The notes: generated by a model not told the origin, from the sequence alone. A stretch of DNA of 63,972 nucleotides, filler included, from Klebsormidium nitens (GCA_000708835.1; 9 parts of 9 records of this genome joined end to end with filler, not necessarily neighbours in it), one strand, 5' to 3'. Positions 29,661-41,652 are shown, numbered from the whole stretch's first letter. Numbers and translations are program-made.

Positions 29661-32430
29661 TGTGTAGTGGTATCACTCGTCATTGGGGTCTTCTCGTGGT
29701 GCCCGGCACTCATGCACTCAATGATGGCAGCCATGCATCTGAAGAGGAACACACGAAGCGTTTCACAAGCGGCTTTCTTCTCTCCACAAACTTAGGCTAA
29801 GAATGATATATGACAATAGTGTTTTTCTTCACTATTGTCTCACGGGTCTCTCCTTCCACTAGGTTCACTGGCCTAAGTCACACTCTCCTAGGCTCAGTAG
29901 CCTAGATCATAGTAAAATGTCTGTTCTCTACGATTACTCGTATACGTTTCACACTGACGGTCCTCGCAACCGTCTGAAATCCTTGCACGCATGTCGGCGT
30001 TCATTGTGTCGAAACCTAAATCGGTCCAAACCCTAATCACAACAATTCGGCTGACCATAATCACCGCATTCCTACACTCCCACTCAGACGACTTACTCTC
30101 ACCCGTCTTCATGTTCTTCATGCAAGCCGCCTTCTTCTTCTCCAGCGTCATCCATTCGCCTCCAGAGTCGCCACTCCTGCTTTCTGGGTAGGTAGTTGCG
30201 TCGCCCTTTCCTCACGACGTCTTCTCCGCTACGTGCTCTAAGTTTTCAGCTACCACGGCTTGTGCTATTGCTCCCACTAACTGCACGATACCACTCGGCA
30301 GACTTTCGTCTAACCCTCGCGAGATGTCTCACCCCTTCTGGCGACTCCACAGGCTTTCTAGCCTCTTGGCGCTCCATCTTCGACTTTTCCACTTCTAGAA
30401 TTATTATTGAAAACGCTCGCGCCGAACTCCTTTAAGCCTCCGCACCCTACTTCCGATACATACCCATGCACGTCGTTGATCGGATTCTGCGCGTCAGCAC
30501 CTTCGCGGGTCTTATCCGGCTGTTCGGTGCTCTCAATCTCGTTTGCCGACTCCTTGAAGTCGAGCTTCACGACCTTCACCATCTATTTCACCATGCTTTG
30601 CTCTCACCGGCCTCTTTGCCGCGGCGGTCACCTGGTCCTTCGAGACCGTTTCTCTCGCACGGATGCTCGCTGCTTCCCCATGCTCTCGATCTCCCACAAT
30701 CCTCCACGTTTGGCTGCTTGTATCTGCAGCACGCCGTCCGTCGTGACTTGCGCGTTTCCCCCTTGAAGCACCACCCGTGCCCTTGCGTTCGTCCCTCTTG
30801 TAGCAAACAAATTCGCTCGTACCCTAGGAGCGTGTCGGACCTTCCGCAAGGTTACCCGTGATTACACCGCTTCGGGTTTTACACCTTTGCTCAAATTCTC
30901 CAAATCCCACAACATTTAGGGACTCGCTATAAATCCCCATAATCTCCTCCTCACGCATAAGCTTCCTATAGCTCGTGAATTGGCTATGATCAGCCGGGAC
31001 CTGCTGGGTGCTGCCAGAATCGACCATTCACACCCTTTCCTGTATAACCTCGTTGTTCTTCCATGCCGTGACGGCTGCTTTTAAAACCACTTGCTCCCGG
31101 CTCAACGCCGTCTTATGCATCCGTAGGCTGCCGGCACATCACTTCCATGTGCCCTCTTCCGCCGCACTTGCGACACTCCGCATCGCGCAAGCTGCACGAC
31201 GCCCTCTTGTGGCCCATGTTGCCACAACAATAGCACGTTGGCAGATTTGAGCTTCCGCCTCTTACCTTCGAGCTTCAACTTCCGAGCTCGTTTGAGCTTC
31301 CCCGGCTTTTCCCTGAGCTCGGATAGCCCCTCTGCTTGGCTTCAAATGCCGATGCCAGCTTGACATCTCCACCCTCCGCCTGCGGGGCCTTGCTCTTTGC
31401 CTGCAGCGCTTGCTCCCGCTACATGAACTTATGTTGAACCGTGTCTAGGCTCGGTTCATCAACCCCGGCTTCTGGAAACTCTCATAGGGTCTCATATCCC
31501 TTTCGCAATCCCCTCAATGCACGCACTGCAAGCTGCAAATCAGACACGCTTTGACCCGTTGCGTCCAAGTCTATCTTGATTTGACGACAATTTCCAAAAT
31601 ACTTTTCGATGCTTTGCTTCTCTTGGAGCCTCATAATGGTCAGCTTATCCGTGAGATGACCAATCCAATCCTTGCATTGCTCNNNNNNNNNNNNNNNNNN
31701 NNAGTGCGCAAATACTTCTAACAGCTCGTCTCCTCAAAGACCCGCATTAACTTTACTCATGCCTTTGCTGCGGTAAGCTTTCCTACAATCAGCTTCACGA
31801 AGGCATCTTGAGTAGGCCGGATTATCAGCGCCTTTGCTTGCCCTGACACTTTCCTCCCAACCCCAGACTTCGGTTGCTCAACGGCCACAAGGCCCTTGTA
31901 TTCCGTAAGTGCCTGAATCTTGGCCTTCCATACCGACCAATTCTCTCCCCTCAATTGCGGGATTGAGATTCTTTATCTCCGTGGTTGTGGGACTATAATG
32001 TGTTGAGATCGGGCTCAATTGTGTAGTGGTCACTCGGCATCGGGTCTTCCCGTGGTGCCCAACACTCATGCGCATCACTCATTGATGGCAGCCATGCATC
32101 ATAGAAAAGAACAAAGAAGGGCCTTACAAGCGGCTTCCTTCTCTCCACAAATCTCTCTTAGAATGATATGTGACAATACTCTTTTTCCTCACTATTGTCT
32201 CACGGATCTCCCCCTTCCACTAGACTCACTAGCCTACTAGGCTCACCGTCTAAGTCACTCAAAAGTACTCCATCAATGCCATACGATTTCTCATTCAAGG
32301 CTCACACTGACGGTTCTTTCAACCGCTTCACCTCGTTGCACGCGCGCCGGCGCTCACAAAATCGAAACCCTAACTCGGTCCGAACCCTATTCACAGTAAT
32401 TCGGCTGACCTTAATCACCAATCTCTAACA
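29661..32430 (-). mobile_element. Second copia-like element with two diverged ~410-bp LTRs (29661-30076 and 32020-32430), internally deleted
   Basis: Two similar direct repeats with TG...CA ends on the minus strand. Polypurine tract TGAGTGGGAG precedes the 3' LTR. gag remnant NWSVWKAKIQAL...AAKA (31757-31954) and protease motif VDSGST (~31020). No exact target-site duplication found. Confidence 0.8.
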
Positions 32431-32959
32431 ATTATGATCCCGCAGAACCTCCATCTCGAAAGCAGGGCCGCCAACGGGGCAACTGAAGAGCTTGCCTCTA
32501 TCCGCTTGCAGAACGACATGCAGGATAAGATTCTCAATTGAAATATGTAGTAAGGGCAAAATTGTTGCGGTCAGGCGCTCTTTTATGATTAATGGAGACC
32601 ATAACGAGAAGCGGTATTTGAAGGCGACCTTTCCTTCTAATGCTCGGCTACGTCTTTATTGCCCACAATCTGATCGGCCGACTTTACGGAAATAGGTTTG
32701 AATCGACGTTAAAAAAGCGTGCGTCAAGGCCTAATTATGTTGGGCTCTTTCGAAATTATTGCGTTGCAACCTTATAGCTTACATGCGACATGTTTGCTCC
32801 AATGAAGGTCCCAAGCTTTGACTTTTCTTGACGCCGCTCCTCTAGCCCGCCTCAAACGTACTTCGAAAAACGTCACCGGTGTCTTATTTCACGGGGATGG
32901 ATGTTGTAGCGACCGCACTAAAATATCATAAGTTTGATGTGTGGAATTGAGCGACATTG

Positions 32960-34294
32960 TTGTTGAAAGCACGCGCCTTTCATTGCAAGATCAAGACTAG
33001 TAGGATTGATGGCCATATCGTAAGTAGGTGTACCTAGGGTTACTAGCCTCGTTGACCTCTACCAGGCAGTACCAATACAACTATATCACTTCTAATCAAA
33101 TAATCGGGGCATTATGCGGCTTACTCGGGTCACTATACCCTTCAAATTAACGCCGCTCAGCCGAAATCCAAGAGCAAAGGCATCGGGTCTGTCTAAATTT
33201 AAGGTCGCTTCGCGTTATTTAGTCGAACGTGGGACAAATCTTGGCGGGATCCACAGATGGGCCACTCCAGCAGCCCGTCGCACGTTGTACAGTCCGCAAA
33301 ATAAAGTAAAATTACAATCTATTGTCTACTACGGAAAATATGGGGAAAGCCAATATGGGTTGAACACTTTTTGGACTTGTGGTCGGTCCCAATGTTACAC
33401 CTTGGTAATCATATTACATTAGATGGGCCCTACTACTGTGACGGTCCTGCTGGCATACCGGGCCTAGTCATATGTTATGGAGCTGATTCGGCTCAAACTT
33501 CACGATATAATTAGTTGGGTTGTCGTAAATTGACATCGTGGTGCACCTTTTTGACGGCGCAACACAGGGTATTGCGGTCAACCGTTTACATTGGTATCAT
33601 AGGTTGTGACGTTAGCATGACGTCACTTTCCTTCGAACAAAGGGTCGTGGATTGAACTCCAGTTGGCAGCGAATCGGTCGCACGGACCTAGCCCACCCGT
33701 GTGCTTGTCAGTAGAAAATCCTCACGGCTCAAAGTAGGAGCGTGGGGTGTCGGTCCAGACAAATGTGACAGTCTTTCTAGCATACCAGGCCTAGTCACGT
33801 CATGGAGCTAAGTTCGGCTCGAACTTCACTACATAAGTAGTGGGGTTGTCGTAAAGTGACATCGTAGAGCACCATTTTGACGCCGCAGCACAGTGGTAGT
33901 GCGGTCGACCGTTACAACTACACGCTATCGATTGGGGCTCCTTAATCGCTCAACTCGACCACGATAGGATGGTCGATATTAGGTATATAACCCATTGGAT
34001 AATCTACCATCCTACGGTCGATATTGGGCCTAACAACTCCTCGATTGACGGGGACGAATTGTCTAGATTATTAGGGCGTATTGTTGAAAGCAAGCGCCTT
34101 TCAAGTTCACAAGTACTAGGAATGAGTATCCATTACATGGCAATGTCCAAGGCATTCTGGCATTCCAAATCCGTAGGTAGGTGTACCCTAGCCTTACTAG
34201 CCTCGTCCACCTCTACCGGGCACTAGTCGGTTCAACTATATGAAGTCCTATGCAAGTGACCGGGTCACTATATGACGCACTCGGGTCACTATAC
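32960..34294. repeat. Diverged direct repeats in an A-B-B-A arrangement (A ~32960-33139 and ~34081-34294; B ~33436-33590 and ~33763-33915), probably a non-autonomous repeat element
   Basis: Shared blocks such as TTGTTGAAAGCA.GCGCCTTT, GTAGGTGTACC, CGGGTCACTATA (A) and GGCCTAGTCA, GGGTTGTCGTAAA.TGACATCGT (B). Confidence 0.7.
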
Positions 34295-34971
34295 GACTCG
34301 CTATATGAGCTAATTACCACTCGGACTTGTTGTGACGGTTGGAGAGGGTTCACACGCTGCCTGTCTACTTCACATGTGCGGAAACCATGCGAAGCTTTTC
34401 AGCACGCCTTGGGATCACCTCAGCAAGAGCGCCTCTCAGAAAAATTGCGTCTTCTTGCCTTCTTCCCAAAGACTGATTAGTTAGGACTCACGAAGAGGCT
34501 CCATATTCAGTCAAAGAGTCTCGAGACTCGCACCTCGCAAGGCACTTGCTTCTTTACGCTTGATGAAATCACAAGAGCCATGTCGAGAAGACGTCTCAAC
34601 GTCTCTGCCCTCGATATGGGTTGATCACGTCTCATCCACGATCAGAAAGCCATGTCAAGAGATAAGACAATTNNNNNNNNNNNNNNNNNNNNNNNNNNNN
34701 NNNNNNNNNNNNNNNNTTAATTAATTAANNNNNNNNNNNNNNNNNNNNNNNNNNNNNNNNNNNNNNNNNNNNGATACCGAATATCCGTGTTCATGTTTGT
34801 TTGCACCGTCTTGGTGCGCCTAGGAGCTTTTCATGGTTATCTCACACGCAAAAGCTTCTAAAACCCGATATGGGGCCTTTGACGCTCATCAGATATCTCG
34901 AGATATCTGACTATAGCCAGATACACGAATATGGATGTACAGAATTTCTAAAACGGGGCCTTTTCAGCAAT

Positions 34972-35529
34972 TCAATCTCTGGGAGAGGCGTTGTGTGGGG
35001 ATTCGGTGGCATAGCGAACCTTGTTAGGATTTGCAAGCGCCTCTAATTCCAAGATGGGTGCCTCACTCCACACCATGCTAGGGGCATATTTGGCACTCGA
35101 TGGAGAAGGGGCGTTGATACTTGTGTAACGGGCTGGAGTGATCGACTCTTGGTCATGAGAGTGAGCTGTGAGCAGAGATTCTTTTGATCGCAGCTTCTTT
35201 GCTTTACTTCGAGCCCGAGACGCGTTTTTCAGAGCAACTCGCCAGCTCACTTTGACAGCAAATGGTCCGTGGATGCCGCTTCGATCCCAGTACGAGTGGA
35301 AACCTTCAGCATTTAGCGATCGCACAAGCGCTCGAGTGATGTGGCGTAGATTAAACGGTTCTGCAAGAGAACGGATTCCTGCTAGGGCTGCCGGGTCAAG
35401 AATTGTTTCAAGCATCCCAAATTCTCTGTAAGAACGCACTATCGAAGTTGTTGCACTCTCTAGAACGGCTCGATCCATCTGCTCAATTGCGAAAGTGGTT
35501 GGAAGACGATAGCCCAAGATTGCGTCCAT
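34972..35529 (-). CDS. Hypothetical protein (~185 aa, MDAILGYRLP...)
   Basis: Open frame with ATG at 35529 just outside the repeat array; protein-like composition with a basic patch. No family recognised. Confidence 0.4.
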   Translation of the reverse strand: MDAILGYRLPTTFAIEQMDRAVLESATTSIVRSYREFGMLETILDPAALAGIRSLAEPFNLRHITRALVRSLNAEGFHSYWDRSGIHGPFAVKVSWRVALKNASRARSKAKKLRSKESLLTAHSHDQESITPARYTSINAPSPSSAKYAPSMVWSEAPILELEALANPNKVRYATESPHNASPRD

Positions 35530-35589
35530 CGTATGGCTATAGTACGGTTGACAAAAGAAAGCATAAGAGAATTGTAACATGGTGTGAGT

Positions 35590-36400
35590 TGGCTGGTCCA
35601 CACCTTGCATGCGAATTTGAAGAGGAATCGTGGAGCTCTTATTAACTATCGGCCATGTCACGATGTGGACCAGCGGAGTGGGAACTTGCCATTTGCCTCT
35701 TTACTTCATGGGGTGGATGGCCGGCCCCGCTTGGCTGGTCCACACCGTGCATGCCGCTTTGAAGAAAACAACGTGCAGCTGTTATCAACCATCGGCAACG
35801 TGTGGACCAGCACATTGGGGACTGCATGCCATTTGCTTCTTTTGTTTATGGGGTGGATGGCTGACCCGATCGGGTGGATGGCCAACCCGATCGGGCTGGT
35901 CCACACCTTGCATGCGGCTTTGAAGAGGAAAAAACGTGGAGCTCCATTTAACTATCGGCAACATGTGGACCAGCAGAGCGGAAATTGCATGCCATTCGCT
36001 TCTTTGGTTTACGGGGTGGATGGCCGACCCGATCTGGCTAAACCACACCTTGCATGCCGCTTTGAAGAGGAAAATCGTGGAGCTCTTATCAACCATCGGC
36101 AACGTGTGAAACAGCCGAGCGGAAACCGCCTGCCATTCGCTTCTTTTGTTTATGGGGTGGATGGCCGACCCGATTGGGGGGATGGCCAACTTGATCGGGC
36201 TGGTCCACACCTTGCATGCGGCTTTGAAGAGGAAAAACGTGGAGCTCCATTCAACTATCGGCAACATGTGGACCAGCAGAGCGGAAACTGCCTGCCACTT
36301 GCTTCTTTAGTTTATGGGGTGGATGGCCGACCCGATTCGGCTGGAAAACACCTTGCTTGCATGTGGTTGGGCCGAGGGGTCTTATAAACCATCGGCAACA
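35590..36400. repeat. Tandem array of ~140-160-bp units (~5.5 copies), most with internal 11-bp inverted arms GCTGGTCCACA...TGTGGACCAGC
   Basis: Units start near 35590, 35733, 35894, 36035, 36198 and 36339. Shared GCTTTGAAGAGGAAAA and TATGGGGTGGATGGCCGACCCGAT; arms are degenerate in some units. Confidence 0.9.
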
Positions 36401-36581
36401 TATGGACAAGCAAAACGGAAATTGACCGCCACTTGTTCAGTGGTGCGTGACGGACACGTGCAAAGTACGAATCCGAAAGCATGCAATCAATCATCACACT
36501 CGAGCACAATCCCAGATTTTCTCACTACCTCTTGAATCTAACAGCAAGAAGTGCCTCCTCGAGGTTATCAGGAATACCCCG

Positions 36582-38750
36582 CTACGATCTGACATCTCTC
36601 ACTACAACCTGACAACCCTCTTCCTGGACCATCATTGCCGGCCACCTGAAGCAAACCCTCTCAAGGTACTCTCTAAGAGCGACAGGGATCCGCGCCCTCA
36701 GGGCGACTGAATCTTGGATTCGTAACTTCAAGAGCTGGGCCATGAGATCCACCCCCACAGGCCCAACAACCGGCCGCTCCCGACTCCTTGGCGTCCGCAA
36801 CAGCTTCCACCCCCCATACTCCCGAGCACGCCCTTTCTTGTCCACGCTCCGTGGCGCTCGGCCGATTTGAGTCGCCTCGAGCTGCAGCCCGAGCTCCGAA
36901 AACACGTGGTTGAGAGCAATCGTGGCCGACTTCTGCTCTGCCAAGACATTTTCGTTTCCGCGAGCACGCTTTTGGAATAGTTTTACGGTCTCAGAGTAGT
37001 CACGGAAGTAAGTGGTGGCCGCTAGCACCCCTCTCAACTCTTCAAGAGTGCCCGTGACGTGCTCATGGAAGAGGGGATGCGGAAAGCCAAGCGTCGTTAG
37101 CAGCTCCCTGGCAATGTCAGACTTCTGACGGGGGTACCTATGCCGCCCAATCTCCGTTGTGTCGAACTCATATCGAGGGTCTACGACTTGCAGCACGAAC
37201 TCGACCGCAGAGATCTTGTAGGGTCCAAAGATCCTGATGAAATTTGCGTCCAGGTGCCGCACACAATAGAATCGTGCCAGCTGGTACTTTTCGAGCTGCA
37301 CCCTCTCCCCTGGGTAGTCCTCAATCTTGCGGACGCGTGCTTCGATGGCGGCAAATTGACCAGGAGTGATGTGGGGGGCATGGACCATCTGCTCGAGCAG
37401 AATCTTGCCCCTCGCGAGATCCGTTCCGCCAAACCCCTCTTCTTCGGCCGCATCTATGATCCGCACTCCCCTCACGACGTGCCCATCGCTCACGAGCAGC
37501 TCAGTGAACTCTTCGTAGAAGTGCGTTCGGCCATTGAAGGCCTCCTTCTCATTGTGAGCAAGCAAGCGCGTGACCGGGGCCTCGCAAAACATCCCTGCGC
37601 CCACCCTCCCGTCCCGATTGAGGAACCACTGGTACGTTTCCTCGACCCCAAGCCTCGGGACCCGTCCGGCATTCTTCCCCATGATTGTCCTGTACCCGCT
37701 TCCCTCCTCCCCCTCTGTTGGCATTTTGATGCCCTTCCTAACAAAGCACATTACCAACGGGTTGACTAGCTGCCGGACTCGGCCCTTCATCTGGTCAAGG
37801 CCCCGCGGGTGCGTGCTTTCCATGCAGATATACAGGAACATCCGGTGGAACCATGGCCGGTTGAAATCGACCCCCGCCTCCACCGTGGGGCTGATTATCA
37901 CGAGCCGCTTCTTCCAGCTGCGGTTCACATCCCCGAGGCCCCGCTTCACCTCCCCATCAGAATGGCGCGTGATGACAAGAATGTCCTTCTCCTCTAAAAG
38001 GCCCTCCTCTGCCATAGCGCTCCCCAAGCCCTGGGCTCTGTCCGACGACATGCTTACAACAAACACGTTTTGGCCGGCCTTGAGCGCGTCGGAAATTTCG
38101 CTCTCCCACAGCTGGAGCCCTGCTCGCCCCTCGAGGAACTCGAACTCGAGAGGCCGCTCTGGCACGTGCTTGTTGATGATTACTGGGGAGCAGCGAATCT
38201 TGTGCATCGTCACAAAGTCGAAGGTCCGTTGGCCGAGATGTCCGTCCAGGCAGATGACTCGGCGTGCACGCCGAAGCAGATCGACGACAAGCCGGATGAC
38301 GATGTGCCTGGAAGAGAGGGTGTCGGCCGAAAGGTGCGCGAGTATCGATTCGCTCTCATCGAGAATGACCAGGTCGAATGACGGAATGCGCCCGTCGTTG
38401 CCAAGCAGCCCGGGCAGGCTGTCGACCTGGCAGATGACGCGGGGGTAGAGCTCTCTATCGGCAAGGGGCTCAATCACGAGATCGCCGAGTGAGCGCCCAT
38501 GTCTCGTCTTCAGATCGCGATAGTGTGCAAAGTCTGGGTTCTTGCCGGCCGCATCGCTGGCTTGTGTCTGCCGATAGGTGATCGCAAGGGCCGTCTCTGG
38601 TTGGGGAGGCTCTTGAAGGATGGCCCGGGTGGTCGTTGACTTTGCGGTGTCCATGGGGCTTCTGATTAGGGCCACCTTGTAACGGCCAGCCTGCCACCTG
38701 CAAAGAGGAAGTGCTGCAGCATGAGCGAATCGAAGGATCGACTTTCGCAT
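36582..38750 (-). CDS. Replication origin-binding protein (herpesvirus UL9-like / giant-virus type SF2 helicase), intronless, 722 aa
   Basis: IRSPMDTAKS (motif I, degenerate), ICQVDSL, DLVILDESESIL (motif II), VICLDGH, ISPTVEAGVDF, QMKGRVR (motif VI). Confidence 0.82.
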   Translation of the reverse strand: MRKSILRFAHAAALPLCRWQAGRYKVALIRSPMDTAKSTTTRAILQEPPQPETALAITYRQTQASDAAGKNPDFAHYRDLKTRHGRSLGDLVIEPLADRELYPRVICQVDSLPGLLGNDGRIPSFDLVILDESESILAHLSADTLSSRHIVIRLVVDLLRRARRVICLDGHLGQRTFDFVTMHKIRCSPVIINKHVPERPLEFEFLEGRAGLQLWESEISDALKAGQNVFVVSMSSDRAQGLGSAMAEEGLLEEKDILVITRHSDGEVKRGLGDVNRSWKKRLVIISPTVEAGVDFNRPWFHRMFLYICMESTHPRGLDQMKGRVRQLVNPLVMCFVRKGIKMPTEGEEGSGYRTIMGKNAGRVPRLGVEETYQWFLNRDGRVGAGMFCEAPVTRLLAHNEKEAFNGRTHFYEEFTELLVSDGHVVRGVRIIDAAEEEGFGGTDLARGKILLEQMVHAPHITPGQFAAIEARVRKIEDYPGERVQLEKYQLARFYCVRHLDANFIRIFGPYKISAVEFVLQVVDPRYEFDTTEIGRHRYPRQKSDIARELLTTLGFPHPLFHEHVTGTLEELRGVLAATTYFRDYSETVKLFQKRARGNENVLAEQKSATIALNHVFSELGLQLEATQIGRAPRSVDKKGRAREYGGWKLLRTPRSRERPVVGPVGVDLMAQLLKLRIQDSVALRARIPVALREYLERVCFRWPAMMVQEEGCQVVVRDVRS

Positions 38751-39011
38751 GCAAGATTCTGCTGATTCGCTGCAGCCTCGTGATTGGTTGANNNNNNNNN
38801 NNNNNNNNNNNNNNNNNNNNNNNNNNNNNNNNNNNTTAATTAATTAANNNNNNNNNNNNNNNNNNNNNNNNNNNNNNNNNNNNNNNNNNNNATATACTGG
38901 GACGAGTTCGATATGAAGATTCATAGACTCAAATCGTCACACCAGTTGACCATGTACTCGTGCATCTTCGCCACCAGGTCCGGAAGAGGTAGAGCTGGAG
39001 AAAACGACAAA

Positions 39012-40586
39012 CTAGATGAGTGATTTTAGGAGTAAATGGCGGCCATTTTCCCAATCATTAAGGAGGGCCGTAAACCGGGTAGTATCGCCGCGAGATAGGG
39101 CATCTGCAAGAGAATTATTGGCCGAGGAGATATATGTGCTGGTTAATCGAAAGTTATGCTCTGCGGACAGCCAAAAAATTTCGCGCACATATTCCATCAT
39201 GCGAGGGCCCGTGGCCCCTTTCGCCGTACCTTTATTAATTATCGAAACGACAATAGTGTTATCGATATTTAGGCGAATGTACAAACCACTTAGGGCGGCC
39301 GAAAATAGTCGGCACAAGATAAGCACAACAAAGAGCTCATGTACGTGAATGGGTTCGGAGGGTGTGGGAGCATCGGGAAATATGTCACGAGCTTCATTGA
39401 ATGAGAAGGAGAAATAACCCCCCATAAGAAAAGCACCATAGCCATAGCTTGAGGATGCATCGGTCGAAATATCGTCAAAAGATACCGGCATGCTTGGAAT
39501 GAGATTAGTGTGGCCGTTGAATTGCCAATTCATCAGTGATACAAAAATCGGGCCCACCATTGTAGGTCTAACCGAAGGCCCGCCGTGATACGAACATGGT
39601 GATGCAGTCTTTGGACACTCCATTGAGCGTCGATGAGGCGGCGCAAAAATGTGCGGCCACCATAGACTACTTTACAAATCCAATTTAATTTACCGTTAAC
39701 TTTGTCAAGTTCCCGGCGCGTGATACTAGTGCGTTGCAAGAGATCGGCCACCATTGTGGAAGCCTGCGGCCAATTTGGCGGGACTCAATCGAGCTTGCAT
39801 AGCCACGGAATCAAGAGTAATCCCAAGGAATTCGATGATTTGGCATGGAGCGATACATTTGTGAGCGCGCATGTTGACTTGAAACCCAAGTTTGATTAAG
39901 AGGATTCGAAGAGCCCAATACGCATACCAAGCCATTGCTTGCGTGGGGCAGATTATGATAAAATCGTCTACATAAACGATAATGCACTTAAAGCCGCGGC
40001 GAGCCATCATCCTAACAATGGCTAGGCTCCCTATGCGATTAAAAACTTCAGAAGCATTTTTGAGTCCAAATTGTAAGTGGCCGTCGAAGTATAAATCTTC
40101 TAACGAGTCCGTTGGCCAACAAAAGGCCGTGAGGCTCCAGTCGTATGGGTCGATGGAAACGTGGCGGTACGCCGCTTCGATGTCGACCTTGGCCATATAA
40201 CAGTTGCGGCCCATTAGCCGGATTGCGTCGTCGACAGACTGGAAGGAGAAATTAGATTGAGTAAGTTGGGAGTTAATCGAGCGACCCATTGATCTCGAGT
40301 GATCGTGAATGACCCGTACACTTGATTCAGTCTTTGGTACCGCCCCTAGTGCATGCACGAATGACGAAGTTTGACCGTCGTACGGTCGAAAGATGCGACG
40401 CGCGCGAATGTCAGGAATTAAAGCATCATTGACCTGCGCAGAAGCTGCGTAAGCAGATTTGTAGTTATTGCACTTGAACGGTGGGATTTTCTGGTGCGTA
40501 CCGGTCGTCAGACTCAAGCCGTGTTCAACCAAATATAACAAGAAATGTTTATCTTCGTCATACGAAGTTCCGACTGCCATGCACAT
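39012..40586 (-). pseudogene. DIRS/Ngaro-type (tyrosine-recombinase retrotransposon) reverse transcriptase-RNase H, broken by two frameshifts
   Basis: MAKVDIEAAYRHV, LQFGL, IVYVDDF, EFLGI (RT, 39726-40586); RTFLRRL...LQWW (39533-39754); TDASS, ELF, IDNT, NSLADALSR (RNase H, 39012-39623). Confidence 0.88.
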
Positions 40587-40670
40587 AAGCGCAGAGGTCG
40601 AAGAGCAATTAAAGATTCAATCCATGATACCTGGGCCGGCGGGAATGCCCGCCAGCGGCCGGGGCACCGG

Positions 40671-41534
40671 TTATCCTGTGTGGTTGGGAGCCCCGGCTGC
40701 GCCCCCGGTTGTTCCGGCGGCGCGGGTGGTGTTATTGGGGCAGGTGCTCGGGGCGTGCTCCCGAGTGTCGCCGCAGGGGCACGGCTTGTGTCCCTTGGCA
40801 AACCTGCAATCTGCGCCGTCGGCGCAGCGCCCGGTGTTCCACCATGTAAAACACCGTGGCTGGCCTTTGCCTCGCATTGCGCCCCCGGTGCGCCGCGCCC
40901 CGGTGCCTGCTTCTGGAAAAGAATGGGCGGGTTTGACATTTTTGGCGGCGGCCATTGCCGCGAAATTGGCCATACGAAGAGGGCAAATGGCATCAAACGC
41001 TGCGCCCGTCGACCACTGCTGGAGGCGATGAGCCTGATCAAATTCTAAAAGGACATCTAAAGCCCACCCGTGGCCCCCACATTTGGGGTCGAGCATGAGT
41101 GTAAGACACGACTCCCGGTACCGGTCGTAATCAGGGCCCTGAATGGCGCCGAGCTGGAGCAACGCTGTTTGAATTCGCTGAGATGCCTTAATATATGCTG
41201 GAATATCGGGGCATTTTATCTTTTTCGCTGACACTCCCAACATATCGGGTTGGACTGTAACTGACCCCGTGTGAGTGTCAACCAGCAGCTTTTGAGGGGC
41301 CCCCCTGAGGGCATTTACAGCATTAACACTCAGAAAATCTGAAATAAGCAAGGGCTTGGCAGGTTGTACCGGTACAAAAGTCGAGGGGTACGTACTCTGT
41401 CGAGGGCCCTGGGGTACCGCCGGTACCGCCTGCAGGCGCGATGGGTCGAAGCCGGTCCGTACCAGGGGGACTGGTGCCGGTGGGGGGGGTCCGTATGCGG
41501 CCGGGGAGGCAAACGCCGCCTGCTGGAACCCCAC
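40671..41534 (-). CDS. Gag-like ORF of the DIRS/Ngaro element with C-terminal Cys/His zinc fingers (5' end runs into gap)
   Basis: CFTWWNTGRC..GADCRF..GHKPCPCG..EH..STC immediately upstream of the RT frame. Confidence 0.7.
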   Translation of the reverse strand: MGFQQAAFASPAAYGPPPPAPVPLVRTGFDPSRLQAVPAVPQGPRQSTYPSTFVPVQPAKPLLISDFLSVNAVNALRGAPQKLLVDTHTGSVTVQPDMLGVSAKKIKCPDIPAYIKASQRIQTALLQLGAIQGPDYDRYRESCLTLMLDPKCGGHGWALDVLLEFDQAHRLQQWSTGAAFDAICPLRMANFAAMAAAKNVKPAHSFPEAGTGARRTGGAMRGKGQPRCFTWWNTGRCADGADCRFAKGHKPCPCGDTREHAPSTCPNNTTRAAGTTGGAAGAPNHTG

Positions 41535-41652
41535 CTGTGGGCCTCCCCAAATNNNNNNNNNNNNNNNNNNNNNNNNNNNNNNNNNNNNNNNNNNNNTTAA
41601 TTAATTAANNNNNNNNNNNNNNNNNNNNNNNNNNNNNNNNNNNNNNNNNNNN

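Noticed and set aside
35584-36387. 267-aa ORF spanning the 140-bp array as a real gene
   Set aside because: It is explained by the repeat itself, shifts register between units and has no recognisable domain.
37140-38448. Long + strand ORFs overlapping the OBP gene
   Set aside because: Antisense shadows of a GC-rich coding region; the same applies to + strand ORFs at 760-2360 and 42102-43853.
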